From Acutalibacteraceae bacterium (GTDB lineage: Bacteria; Bacillota; Clostridia; Oscillospirales; Acutalibacteraceae): a stretch of DNA of 64,000 nt. Position 1 is the first letter of the stretch; each line of letters begins with the position of its first letter. The notes beneath the pieces are model-generated. The model ran no database searches, was not told the DNA's origin, and saw only the letters and a program-made list of their open reading frames with translations. The position numbers were made by a program, and so were the translations under genes. The stretch covers positions 17,573 through 81,572 of the forward strand of contig JAZUCO010000115.1 of NCBI GenBank assembly GCA_045639185.1. Reading direction: 5' to 3'. Shown in pieces: positions 53,097 to 64,000 of the stretch.

Positions 53097-54488
53097 TTAT
53101 TTGTTTTTTGAAAGATATTCTGTAATTTCTTGCATTTTCTTATCAGTAAGTTTGAACTTGAATGTAAACACAAGCAATGAAGCGAGCATAAGAATCATAG
53201 GCAGAACAAGCATCATTACACTGATTGAAGAATGCGCAGCTGCGGGATTCATTGAATGAAGCTCACCATCATAATGAGAAATTGAAAGTCCTGAATACAG
53301 AATGATGGTCTGAAGTGTGTATGCCATCTTCTGAAGGAAACCCTTCATTGAAAATGTTATGGATTCAGCTCTGAAGCCCATTTTATATTCACCGTAATCA
53401 ACTATATCTGCAAGAAAAACAGTCTGTGAAACGAACATTGATGCGGTACCTATCTGTGCAATGAGATAAGAGATATTCATAACTGTGAGGCTGTCAAAAG
53501 CTTTTGCGCCAAGAAGCATTCCTACATAACCTGCCATCGCAAGACAAAGTGAAAATTTATATGTGTTGCGTCTTGAAGTAAATTTCATCATAATTGGAAT
53601 TACTGCAAGACCAAGAATTGATCCTACAGCACCAAAAGTGTTAAATCCGCTCTGCTTTGAACTATCACCAACAACAACATCAAAGTAATATGCACCAACA
53701 CCGGAAATCATATAGAAGCCTGCATTTGAAAGCATTGCAAATAACATAAATATAAGAAGCTGGTCATTATTTTTTGCAACAGTAAAAATCTTCTTGAATG
53801 AAAATTTTTCATTTGAAGGTGTTGTGTGTTTTTCACGTACAGAAGAAACACTGATTGTGGAGAATAATATAAGTCCTATTGCACTCACTAGAGATAATAC
53901 AAGGAATGTTTTTTCATCAAAAACTTTTTCACCTGTAGCAGGGTCTGTTGTAACACTTACAACACCCATGAGAATAGGGGCACCGATTGAGATAATTCCT
54001 TGACCGAGACCTGAGAATGTACGTGCAATCGTTGCAATTATACTTCTTTCACCGGGATCTTTTGTGAATGATGGAACCATTGACCAATAAGGAATATCTG
54101 CAAGAGTATTTGACATTCCCCAGAATACATACATAACAGCTATATAAACATACAATGATACACCAGAAAGATTGAACAAGTTATTGAATAACAAGCACAG
54201 AATGATCGCATTGCAGAAAGAACCGATAAGAATCCAAGGACGATATTTGCCCATTCTGAATTTTCCGTTATCTACAATTGAACCCATCATCGGGTCATTT
54301 ATACCATCCCAAATTCTTGCAATAGGAGTCAACAGAAGAAGGAATCCAGAGCTTAACTTAAGAACGTCAGTAAGGTATTTATTAAGGTATGAATAGAACA
54401 TACCATAACTGAGATCAAGACCTACAGCACCGACACCATATCCTAGATACTTAAAAATGCCGCCTTTTTTCTTATTTTTATCTGCCAT
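53097..54488 (-). CDS. GPH-family glycoside/pentoside/hexuronide:cation symporter
   Basis: 463 aa, 12 TM helices. The N-terminal LGYGVGAVGLDL...D(G)INDPMMG motif is characteristic of MelB/YicJ-type carriers. Confidence 0.8.
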   Translation of the reverse strand: MADKNKKKGGIFKYLGYGVGAVGLDLSYGMFYSYLNKYLTDVLKLSSGFLLLLTPIARIWDGINDPMMGSIVDNGKFRMGKYRPWILIGSFCNAIILCLLFNNLFNLSGVSLYVYIAVMYVFWGMSNTLADIPYWSMVPSFTKDPGERSIIATIARTFSGLGQGIISIGAPILMGVVSVTTDPATGEKVFDEKTFLVLSLVSAIGLILFSTISVSSVREKHTTPSNEKFSFKKIFTVAKNNDQLLIFMLFAMLSNAGFYMISGVGAYYFDVVVGDSSKQSGFNTFGAVGSILGLAVIPIMMKFTSRRNTYKFSLCLAMAGYVGMLLGAKAFDSLTVMNISYLIAQIGTASMFVSQTVFLADIVDYGEYKMGFRAESITFSMKGFLQKMAYTLQTIILYSGLSISHYDGELHSMNPAAAHSSISVMMLVLPMILMLASLLVFTFKFKLTDKKMQEITEYLSKNK

Positions 54489-54621
54489 AATACACCTCCA
54501 TAATTTATGTTATAAAATTATCATAATTTAACTGATTAATCAATAGGAAATAAAAATTTTAGTCAACAGCCTTGTTTTTTTTACGAAATTATAATATAAT
54601 ATATCAAATTGGAGTGATTTG

Positions 54622-55419
54622 ATGAATTCCGAGAACAACTTTTTCAGAAATAAAAAAAATATTATTTTACTTTCTGTCATTTTTGTTTTATTGATTCTGA
54701 TTTGCATTGTAATTGCTGTTTTTAATAAAGCTGAAAATAAAAATACTCTTAATAATGAAAACACCACTGCTGCAAACGTAATAGACGATAATGTCTTTGC
54801 CGGTGACTGCAATATTCTTTTTATCTGTAATTCAGAGGGGGTTGGAAATGCAGCATTTGCCATGCTCCTTGAATTTCAGATATATTCAGAATCAATCAGC
54901 ATATCTATGATTGATATGACAACATCGGACGGGAATCAGACATTTGCTGACAGTTATTCCTATGGCGGAATAAACTCTCTTATAAATTCAATTGAGAATG
55001 TAAGAAAATGCTCTGTAAACAGATACATGATTATAGATAAAAGCGGGCTTGGACGACTGACCGAAATTCTCGGTAAAGTAAATCTGTATGTCACAGAAGG
55101 CTTTACTTATACTGCATCTGACAAAAGCTATGAAGTAGCAGCAGGAAATAATGATATGGAATCAGATATGCTCTATACATATCTTGATATTCTGAGTAAG
55201 AAAAATGATACATCAATTCTTGCTGATACGCTGTGCGATATTCTCAATTTCTATATTTCAGGAATCGGTGCAGAAAATTCCGAGAAGCTTTTCGGAGACA
55301 TATGTAATTGTGTTGTTACTGATATTACCATCACTGACTATTTTTCATCTAAAAATGATTTTGAATATCTTTTATCACACAATCCTGAGTGTTATCTTGA
55401 ACATAATGATGACATATAA
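54622..55419 (+). CDS. Membrane-anchored LytR-CpsA-Psr (LCP)-like protein, apparently degenerate
   Basis: N-terminal TM, then NILFICNSEG...SISMIDMTT...YSYGGINSLINSIEN...NRYMIIDKSGLGRLTEILGKV follows the LCP fold order. The conserved Arg/Asp residues are not evident. Confidence 0.45.
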   Translation: MNSENNFFRNKKNIILLSVIFVLLILICIVIAVFNKAENKNTLNNENTTAANVIDDNVFAGDCNILFICNSEGVGNAAFAMLLEFQIYSESISISMIDMTTSDGNQTFADSYSYGGINSLINSIENVRKCSVNRYMIIDKSGLGRLTEILGKVNLYVTEGFTYTASDKSYEVAAGNNDMESDMLYTYLDILSKKNDTSILADTLCDILNFYISGIGAENSEKLFGDICNCVVTDITITDYFSSKNDFEYLLSHNPECYLEHNDDI

Positions 55420-55461
55420 TTTATAAACTTAGCTACACATATGAAACAGAGGCGAAAATGC

Positions 55462-56019
55462 ATGGATAAAGCTAAAATTGAAAGAGCTGTCAGAGATATT
55501 CTCGAGGCAATCGGAGAAGATCCTGACAGAGAAGGTTTGATAGAGACACCTAAGCGTGTTGCAGCAATGTATGAAGAAATTTTTTCAGGCATTTCTGATG
55601 ACCCTAAACGTCACATAAAGGTTTTCTCTGAAAAAGATAATGATGAAATTGTTGTTGTAAGAGATATTCCTTTATACTCAATGTGTGAACATCATCTTCT
55701 TCCTTTTGTTGGTAAAGCACATATTGCTTATATTCCTTCTGAAGGTAAGGTTATTGGATTATCAAAACTTGCGCGAATCGTAGATTTGTTTGCAAAAAGA
55801 CCTCAGCTTCAGGAAAGACTCACTTCACAGATTGCAGATTTTCTTGACGAAGAATTGAATCCTATAGGTATTGCTGTAATTGTTGAAGCTCAGCATCTTT
55901 GTATGACTATGAGAGGTGCCAAGGCCGCAGGTTCAATGACTCAGACATCAGCTCTCAGAGGTGTAGCAAAAAAAGACGCACGCACAAGAGCTGAAATTAT
56001 GTCACTTTTGAAAGGATAA
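55462..56019 (+). CDS. folE: GTP cyclohydrolase I
   Basis: [25 protein letters not shown] and QLQERLT motifs. Confidence 0.93.
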   Translation: MDKAKIERAVRDILEAIGEDPDREGLIETPKRVAAMYEEIFSGISDDPKRHIKVFSEKDNDEIVVVRDIPLYSMCEHHLLPFVGKAHIAYIPSEGKVIGLSKLARIVDLFAKRPQLQERLTSQIADFLDEELNPIGIAVIVEAQHLCMTMRGAKAAGSMTQTSALRGVAKKDARTRAEIMSLLKG

Positions 56020-56025
56020 AAAATA

Positions 56026-56706
56026 ATGAAAAAGATTTTTTCTTTGATGCTTGTCATTGTTTGCATTTTATCTCTGTTTACAGCCTGCACAGCAAACAGA
56101 TCTGACATATATATTACACCTGATGGTGTAGAATATATGGTTGTAAGAGATGAAAACGGAAATATTGTAATAAACGGAAATGATAAATTGAAAGTTTATT
56201 CTCTTAATGAGAATAAAAAAAGACAGAAGTCAGATACCGGTGAGTTTATAACAGAATTCATAGAATTCAATTCTCAAATAGTTATTGAGAATACAGTTGA
56301 AACTGCAGAAATGCGCTTTAATTTGCCTAAAACTTTTGTGGCTGATAATAATAATCCAGGATATTTCTATTCTGAAGATAAAAATGCAGAAATTTTTATT
56401 TCATATTATGACGGTAGTTACGGCAATATTGAAGACCACATCAACGGCTGTCAGGTAAATTGCGAGAAACTTCTCGAAAGTTACGGCAGTGAAGTTTTTT
56501 CTTATGAAAAGTATTCTGTTACAGTATCAGAAACAGAGTGCGTTGCATTCAAAACAAAATGCACATCTTCAGAATATTATAAAAATGCATATACTTTTAT
56601 CTTTTCTTATGATTCAGGATGTTATTACATAAACTGTATTATTGATACTGACAATGCTTCAAAAGTTGATTTTAATGAATTTATTAAAAATATTATTCTT
56701 AAATAA
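56026..56706 (+). CDS. Lipoprotein, function unknown
   Basis: MKKIFSLMLVIVCILSLFTAC lipobox. No recognisable domain. Confidence 0.6.
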   Translation: MKKIFSLMLVIVCILSLFTACTANRSDIYITPDGVEYMVVRDENGNIVINGNDKLKVYSLNENKKRQKSDTGEFITEFIEFNSQIVIENTVETAEMRFNLPKTFVADNNNPGYFYSEDKNAEIFISYYDGSYGNIEDHINGCQVNCEKLLESYGSEVFSYEKYSVTVSETECVAFKTKCTSSEYYKNAYTFIFSYDSGCYYINCIIDTDNASKVDFNEFIKNIILK

Positions 56707-56727
56707 ACTTTAATTAAATAACATAAG

Positions 56728-56765
56728 AAAAATGAGAAGCTGTTATTATATGGCTTCTCATTTTT
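56728..56765 (+). terminator. Rho-independent terminator
   Basis: aaaaatgagaagc/gcttctcattttt stem with a trailing T-run. Confidence 0.7.
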
Positions 56766-56867
56766 AATTAAGTTTTTTGTTGAGATTTTAATATTTCTGA
56801 TGTATAATAATTAATAATATATTTTGTATAGCTAATAACAAGATTATGAATGAGAGGAGTGAGAACA

Positions 56868-58835
56868 ATGGCAGATAAGTTTATTCTTCATTCAAAATAT
56901 AAACCTACAGGAGACCAGCCTGAGGCTATCGATAAGCTAGTTCAAGGTCTGAATCGTGGTGACAATGAACAGGTACTTTTGGGGGTTACTGGTTCAGGTA
57001 AAACATTTACAATGGCTAACATAATAGAGCGTATAAACAGACCAACACTTGTTCTTGCTCATAACAAAACACTCGCTGCTCAGCTATGTTCTGAATTCAG
57101 GGAATTTTTCCCTGAAAATGCAGTAGAATATTTTGTTTCTTATTATGATTATTATCAACCTGAAGCATATCTTCCGACAACTGACACATACATTGAAAAA
57201 GATTCAGCTATAAATGATGAAATAGACAGGCTCCGACACTCTGCAACATCAGCATTATCTGAGAGACGTGATGTTATCATAGTTGCAAGTGTATCATGTA
57301 TATATTCACTCGGTGATCCGATTGATTACAGAAGTATGGTAATCTCATTGCGACAGGGAATGGAAAAAAGCCGTGATGATTTGATAAAAAAACTAGTTGA
57401 AATACAATACGAACGCAACGATATAAACTTTACGAGAAATAAATTCCGTGTCAGGGGAGACGTTGTTGAGATTTTTCCCGTATATACCGCTGAATTTGCA
57501 ATAAGAGTTGAATTTTTTGGTGATGAAATTGATAGAATATGTGAATTTAACCCATTAACAGGCAATACAAACAATATAATTTCACACGTTGCTATTTTTC
57601 CGGCATCTCATTATGTTGTTTCACACGAAAAAATGGAAAACGCAATAAATGAGATATATTTTGAAATGCTTGAAACAGAAAAATCATTCAAAGAACAGGG
57701 AAAACTTTTAGAGGCTCAGAGGATAAAACAGCGCACGGAATATGATATTGAAATGTTGCGAGAAACAGGATTCTGTAAAGGCATTGAAAATTATTCAAGA
57801 ATTATGTCAGACAGAAAGCCGGGGGAACCGCCTTTTACGTTGATTGACTATTTTCCTGACGATTTTGTTATGATGATTGATGAATCCCACGTAACGCTTC
57901 CTCAGGTGAGAGCAATGTATGGCGGTGACAGATCCAGAAAAGATACACTTGTAGAATTCGGATTCAGATTACCGTCTGCATACGACAACAGACCTCTAAC
58001 ATTTGATGAATTCTATTCAAAGATAGGTCAGAAAATATTTGTAAGTGCAACTCCCGGTGATTTTGAATTACAGAAGAGTGTAAATATTGCGGAGCAGGTT
58101 ATAAGACCTACAGGTCTGCTAGATCCTGAAATATCTGTCCGACCCGTAGATGGTCAGATTGAAGATCTGATTTCCGAAATAAATATCAGAACAGCACGAA
58201 AAGAGCGTGTTCTGGTAACAACTCTTACCAAAAAGATGGCAGAAAGTCTTACTGACTATTTGGCTGATTTCGGAATAAAAGTCAGATACATGCATTATGA
58301 TATCGATACGATTGAACGAATGGAAATCATCAGAGATCTTCGTAAAGGGGATTATGATGTTCTTGTTGGTATTAATCTGTTAAGAGAAGGTCTTGATATT
58401 CCGGAAGTATCATTGGTTGCAATTCTTGATGCCGACAAAGAAGGATTCCTCAGATCTGAACGTTCTCTTATTCAGACAATAGGCAGAGCAGCGAGAAATG
58501 CTGAAGGTTCTGTTATAATGTATGCAGATTCTGTTACACCATCTATGGAAGCTGCCATCAGGGAAACACTCCGAAGACGTAAAAAACAGATGAAATATAA
58601 CAATGAACACGGAATTGTACCTCAGACAATCATCAAACCTGTTCATGAAATTCTTGAAATCAGTTCAAAGAATACAGCAGATGGTAAATCATCAAGACGC
58701 TTGTCAAAGGCAGAAAAATACAAGTTAATTGAAGAATTAACCAAAGAAATGAAGGCTGCAGCAAAAATTCTTGAATTTGAGCACGCTGCATATCTAAGAG
58801 ATAAAATTGAAAAACTTAAACAGGAGATAAAATAA
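56868..58835 (+). CDS. uvrB: Excinuclease ABC subunit B
   Basis: [10 protein letters not shown] Walker A, DESH box, helicase motifs and a C-terminal UVR domain ([11 protein letters not shown]). Confidence 0.95.
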   Translation: MADKFILHSKYKPTGDQPEAIDKLVQGLNRGDNEQVLLGVTGSGKTFTMANIIERINRPTLVLAHNKTLAAQLCSEFREFFPENAVEYFVSYYDYYQPEAYLPTTDTYIEKDSAINDEIDRLRHSATSALSERRDVIIVASVSCIYSLGDPIDYRSMVISLRQGMEKSRDDLIKKLVEIQYERNDINFTRNKFRVRGDVVEIFPVYTAEFAIRVEFFGDEIDRICEFNPLTGNTNNIISHVAIFPASHYVVSHEKMENAINEIYFEMLETEKSFKEQGKLLEAQRIKQRTEYDIEMLRETGFCKGIENYSRIMSDRKPGEPPFTLIDYFPDDFVMMIDESHVTLPQVRAMYGGDRSRKDTLVEFGFRLPSAYDNRPLTFDEFYSKIGQKIFVSATPGDFELQKSVNIAEQVIRPTGLLDPEISVRPVDGQIEDLISEINIRTARKERVLVTTLTKKMAESLTDYLADFGIKVRYMHYDIDTIERMEIIRDLRKGDYDVLVGINLLREGLDIPEVSLVAILDADKEGFLRSERSLIQTIGRAARNAEGSVIMYADSVTPSMEAAIRETLRRRKKQMKYNNEHGIVPQTIIKPVHEILEISSKNTADGKSSRRLSKAEKYKLIEELTKEMKAAAKILEFEHAAYLRDKIEKLKQEIK

Positions 58836-61657
58836 TGGCACAAAAAAACATTGTTGTAAAAGGCGCAAGAGAGCATAATCTCAAAAATATTGACCTTGAG
58901 ATACCGAGAAACAAACTTATCGTTTTTACCGGATTATCAGGGTCAGGTAAGTCCTCTCTTGCATTTGATACAATTTATGCAGAAGGTCAGAGACGCTATG
59001 TTGAGTCTTTATCTTCCTATGCAAGAATGTTTTTGGGACAGATGGATAAACCAAATGTAGACAGTATTGACGGTTTATCTCCCGCCATTTCCATAGATCA
59101 GAAAACAACTTCAAAAAATCCTCGTTCAACCGTTGGGACCGTAACTGAAATTTACGATTATCTCAGATTGCTTTACGCCAGAATCGGCATACCGCATTGT
59201 CCTGTTTGCGGAAAAGAAATAAAACAGCAGACAGTAGATCAGATTGTAGATCAGGTTTTTTCTCTTCCTGAAGGCAGTAAAATTCAGATTCTCGCACCCA
59301 TTGTAAGAGCAAAAAAAGGAACACATCAGAAAGAACTTGAAAATGCTAAAAAATCAGGTTATGTAAGAGCAAGAATTGACGGACTCGTTTATGACCTTGA
59401 TGATTCAGTAAGTCTTGAAAAAAATATCAAGCACACTATTGAAATAATCGTAGACAGACTTGTGATAAAAGAATCTGTCAAAAGCCGTCTGGCAGATTCA
59501 GTTGAACTTGCATCAAAACTTGCAGCTGGTACTGTTATTGTAAGCGTTGTAGATGGTGAAGAATTTCTTTTTTCACAGAACTATGCGTGTCCTGATCACG
59601 GAATCAGTATTGACGAACTTTCCCCAAGGATGTTTTCTTTCAATAATCCGTATGGCGCTTGTCCGACTTGTACGGGGCTCAGCTTTTTTATGAGAGTCGA
59701 CCCTGATCTCATTGTTCCGGATAAATCAAAATCAATCAATGATGGAGCAATAAATGCGCCGGGTTGGTCTAAAACCGATTCATCTTCTATTTCTAAAATG
59801 TATTTTGATGCACTTGCTAAAAAATATGATTTTTCTTTAGATGATCCTTTTTCAACACTTTCAGAAAAAGCTGTAGATGCAATCTTCAATGGCACAAAAG
59901 GTGAAAAACTCATTATGCATCGTGCCACAGCATATGGCAGCGGTAATTACAATGCAGAATTTGAAGGCATTATCAACAATCTTGAAAGACGATATAAAGA
60001 AACAACTTCAGACTGGTCACGATATGAAATTGAACAAGTAATGACAGCCTGCAATTGCCCTGATTGTAACGGAGCCAGATTAAAGAAAGAAATTCTTTCA
60101 GTTACAGTCGGCGGAATAAATATTAACGAATTCGTAAATCTTTCAGTGAAAAAAGAGCTTGAATTTATTGATAATCTGAAGCTTTCTGACAGAGAAAATA
60201 TAATTGCAGATCAGATTGTAAAAGAAATAAAAAGCAGACTCAACTTCCTTTGTTCTGTAGGTCTTGATTACCTTACACTCGCACGCTCTGCAGGATCATT
60301 ATCAGGTGGTGAAAGTCAGAGAATTCGACTTGCTACACAGATCGGTTCTTCACTTATGGGGGTTCTTTATATCCTTGATGAACCTAGCATTGGTCTTCAT
60401 CAGAGAGACAATGACAAACTTCTTGAAACATTAAGAAATCTTCGCGATATAGGTAATACGCTCATTGTTGTTGAACATGATGAAGATACAATGTATGCAG
60501 CAGATCATATAGTTGATATCGGACCAGGAGCAGGTATTCACGGCGGTGAGATTGTTTGCAGCGGCAATGTTGAAGCTATAAAGAAGTGTAAAAACTCTGT
60601 AACCGGTCAGTATCTGAACGGAACAAGAAAAATCCCCGTACCTGATTCAAGAAGAAAAGGAAACGGTCATTTTCTCTCATTAAAAGGTGCATCAGAAAAT
60701 AATCTTAAAAATATCGATGTGGATATTCCGCTCGGTAAGTTCGTTTGTGTTACTGGTGTTTCCGGTTCAGGAAAATCCTCACTTGTGAATGAAATTCTTT
60801 ATAAAAAACTTGCAGCAGATCTCAACGGTGCTAAAAAATTCCCTGGAAAATTCAAAGAATTCCTTGGTATCGATAATCTTGATAAAGTTATCAACATTGA
60901 TCAATCACCTATAGGCAGAACACCACGTTCTAATCCTGCAACTTACACCGGTGTATTTACCGATATTCGTGATTTATTTTCACAGACTCAGGATGCAAAA
61001 ATCAAAGGTTATGCACCAGGCAGATTCTCATTCAACGTGTCAGGCGGAAGATGTGAAGCTTGTCAGGGCGACGGTATAGTTAAGATTGAAATGCATTTTC
61101 TTTCAGATGTGTACGTACCTTGTGAAGTTTGCCACGGCGCAAGATATAACAGAGAAACACTTGAAGTAAAATACAAAGGTAAAAGCATATATGATGTTCT
61201 TGAAATGACTGTTGAAGAAGGTCTTGAATTCTTCTCTGCAATGCCTAAAATTAAACGAAAACTTCAAACCCTTTATGATGTTGGTCTGGGTTATGTCAAA
61301 ATAGGACAACCCGCAACAACATTGTCAGGTGGTGAAGCACAGCGTGTCAAACTCGCTACAGAGCTATCAAAACGTCCGACAGGCAAAACCATATATATTC
61401 TTGATGAACCCACAACAGGACTTCACACAGCAGATGTACACAGACTTATTGATATTCTTCACAAACTTGCAGATTCAGGCAATACCGTGCTTGTAATAGA
61501 ACATAATCTTGATGTTATTAAATGTTCTGATTATATAATCGATCTAGGTCCTGAAGGCGGCGACGGTGGAGGAACAGTTGTTGCAACAGGCACACCTGAA
61601 GATGTTGCAGCAACAGATGCAAGCTATACGGGATATTATCTGAAAAAATATCTCTGA
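58835..61657 (+). CDS. uvrA: Excinuclease ABC subunit A
   Basis: Two ABC modules (GLSGSGKSS; GVSGSGKSS), LSGGE signatures and zinc-finger Cys pairs. Confidence 0.95.
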   Translation: MAQKNIVVKGAREHNLKNIDLEIPRNKLIVFTGLSGSGKSSLAFDTIYAEGQRRYVESLSSYARMFLGQMDKPNVDSIDGLSPAISIDQKTTSKNPRSTVGTVTEIYDYLRLLYARIGIPHCPVCGKEIKQQTVDQIVDQVFSLPEGSKIQILAPIVRAKKGTHQKELENAKKSGYVRARIDGLVYDLDDSVSLEKNIKHTIEIIVDRLVIKESVKSRLADSVELASKLAAGTVIVSVVDGEEFLFSQNYACPDHGISIDELSPRMFSFNNPYGACPTCTGLSFFMRVDPDLIVPDKSKSINDGAINAPGWSKTDSSSISKMYFDALAKKYDFSLDDPFSTLSEKAVDAIFNGTKGEKLIMHRATAYGSGNYNAEFEGIINNLERRYKETTSDWSRYEIEQVMTACNCPDCNGARLKKEILSVTVGGININEFVNLSVKKELEFIDNLKLSDRENIIADQIVKEIKSRLNFLCSVGLDYLTLARSAGSLSGGESQRIRLATQIGSSLMGVLYILDEPSIGLHQRDNDKLLETLRNLRDIGNTLIVVEHDEDTMYAADHIVDIGPGAGIHGGEIVCSGNVEAIKKCKNSVTGQYLNGTRKIPVPDSRRKGNGHFLSLKGASENNLKNIDVDIPLGKFVCVTGVSGSGKSSLVNEILYKKLAADLNGAKKFPGKFKEFLGIDNLDKVINIDQSPIGRTPRSNPATYTGVFTDIRDLFSQTQDAKIKGYAPGRFSFNVSGGRCEACQGDGIVKIEMHFLSDVYVPCEVCHGARYNRETLEVKYKGKSIYDVLEMTVEEGLEFFSAMPKIKRKLQTLYDVGLGYVKIGQPATTLSGGEAQRVKLATELSKRPTGKTIYILDEPTTGLHTADVHRLIDILHKLADSGNTVLVIEHNLDVIKCSDYIIDLGPEGGDGGGTVVATGTPEDVAATDASYTGYYLKKYL

Positions 61658-61687
61658 TTGTGTTTATTTATTATATATTTTAACATA

Positions 61688-61716
61688 TTGACAGAGTATG
61701 TTTTATTTGTTATAAT
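61688..61716 (+). promoter_or_regulatory. Consensus promoter of the pyr operon
   Basis: TTGACA (61688-61693), 17-nt spacer ending TGt, TATAAT (61711-61716). Confidence 0.65.
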
Positions 61717-61764
61717 AAATAAAAATTTCTGATTCGGTTAACCGGCAGTTTCTATATGTCTATT

Positions 61765-61796
61765 AGGTTCTGCCTCTCAGGTGGAACCTTTATTAT
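61765..61796 (+). promoter_or_regulatory. Leader hairpin with U-rich tail (possible attenuator) upstream of pyrC
   Basis: 10-bp stem AGGUUCUGCC/GGUGGAACCU (two G-U pairs), 5-nt loop, then UUAUUAU. It lies 30 nt before the pyrC ATG. Confidence 0.35.
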
Positions 61797-61826
61797 GAGT
61801 ATAACCGTTCAGACAAAGGAGAAAAA

Positions 61827-63090
61827 ATGTCAATACTGCTTAAGAACGCAAAAGTTTATACCTGCAACACATTAAGTAATGCTGATATTATTATTGAAGG
61901 CGGAAACATTGTTTCCGTTGGTGAAGCAGTTTCTTCTTTTTCTGGTGAAATTATTGATTGTTCAGGTAAATATATTTTCCCCGGTTTTGTTGATGTGCAT
62001 GTGCATTTCAGAGAGCCGGGTTTTTCTTATAAAGAAACAATCAAATCGGGTTCAATGGCTGCTGCAAAAAGCGGTTACACATCAGTATGCACTATGCCAA
62101 ACCTTAATCCCTGTCCCGATTCAGCAGAAAATCTGAAACTTCAGCTTGATATTATAAAAAAAGATGCTGTAATCAATGTTTATCCTTTCGGAACAATTAC
62201 TAAAGGTGAAAAAGGTGAAGAGTTAACAAATCTTGCAGAGATCAGCAATAACGTAATAGGTTTTTCTGATGACGGCAGGGGAGTTCAGAGTGATGAAATG
62301 ATGCTCGCTGCTATGATAAAAGCTAAAGAGCTTGGTAAAATCATTTCTGCCCATTGCGAAGTAAATGATCTTCTATTTGGCGGTTACATACACGACGGTG
62401 AATATGCAAAAGCAAACGGACATAAAGGAATATGCTCTGAGAGTGAATGGAAACAAATAGAAAGAGATATTGAACTCTGCAAGAAAACAGGTGTAAAATA
62501 TCACGTCTGTCACATATCCACAAAAGAGAGTGTTGATATAATCAGAAAAGCAAAAGCAAACGGTGTTGATATTACATGTGAAACAGGACCTCATTACCTT
62601 GTGATGAATGATATGATGCTTAAAGATGAAGGCAGATTCAAAATGAATCCTCCCATCAGAAGTGAAGAGGACAGAATTGCTCTTCTCGAAGGTGTGCTTG
62701 ATGGTACAGTTGATATGATTGCAACAGACCATGCACCGCATTCTGCAGAAGAGAAATCAAAAGGTCTTGCGGGTTCAAATATGGGTATTACCGGTCTTGA
62801 AACAGCTTTTCCGATAATGTATACAAAGCTTGTTCAGAGTGGCATTATTTCTCTTGAAAAACTGATTCAGATTATGAGTATTACTCCTGCAGAAAGATTT
62901 GGCATTGAAGCCGGAATCAAAGAAGGAAACAAAGCAGACATTTGCGTTTTTGACCTTGAGAAAGAATACACAATAAACTCAGCTGACTTTGTTTCAATGG
63001 GAAAAGCAACACCTTTTGAAGGTGAAAAAGTCAAAGGCAAATGTATAATGACAATCTGCAACGGTCAGATAGTTTATAAAGGTGAAACAA

Positions 63091-63098
<8 letters not shown>
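61827..63098 (+). CDS. pyrC: Dihydroorotase
   Basis: PGFVDVHVHFREPG, HVCHIST and ATDHAPH motifs. Confidence 0.93.

Positions 63099-64000
<902 letters not shown>

Noticed and set aside
61768-61784. PyrR-box-like string in the pyr leader
   Set aside because: The similarity to UCCAGAGAGGCU (read as CCTGAGAGGCA) exists only on the antisense strand. It would not be present in the pyr mRNA.

Overview
This is a low-GC chromosomal segment that looks like Bacillota (Clostridia). The organism call is only an inference from gene content: yceD-rpmF, DUF512-der, a CpsB-type PHP phosphatase, rubrerythrin, and tRNAs with encoded CCA.

About two thirds of the window is ordinary housekeeping:
- murC, a two-component pair, mtaB, a D-Ala-D-Ala carboxypeptidase, pgi, yceD-rpmF, DUF512-der
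- pdxK-trmL, nagA, ung, a GH2 glycosidase, rubrerythrin, folE, uvrBA, pyrC-pyrK-pyrD
- three tRNAs

The main accessory block is a roughly 20 kb Wzy-dependent exopolysaccharide locus at about 27.4-47.1 kb. A long minus-strand operon runs CapD/PglF-like dehydratase, small phosphoglycosyl transferase, eight glycosyltransferases, EpsG-type polymerase, Wzx flippase, DUF115/MptE-like protein and a KdsB-like cytidylyltransferase. A divergent plus-strand regulatory operon runs CpsB phosphatase, an Ig-domain protein and two Wzz-BY-kinase fusions.

The most unusual thing I can support is that kinase pair. The first fusion has intact Walker motifs but no tyrosine cluster. The second has degenerate Walker A' and B motifs but a very large (YGX)n tail, with 18 Tyr in about 60 residues.

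Other points worth a second look:
- a KdsB-like plus DUF115 module with no sugar synthase in the window
- a tightly coupled operon of two P-loop NMP-kinase-like genes and a small radical SAM gene beside tRNA-Arg
- two unannotated 32-33 aa amphipathic peptide genes with full expression signals flanking a GT2/GT-C pair
- a 280 aa protein with about 9% Cys whose Shine-Dalgarno is complementary to an upstream anti-SD copy

I saw no CRISPR array, rRNA, transposase, integrase or recognisable phage gene. All calls come from reading the translations and the sequence by eye. No database search was run.
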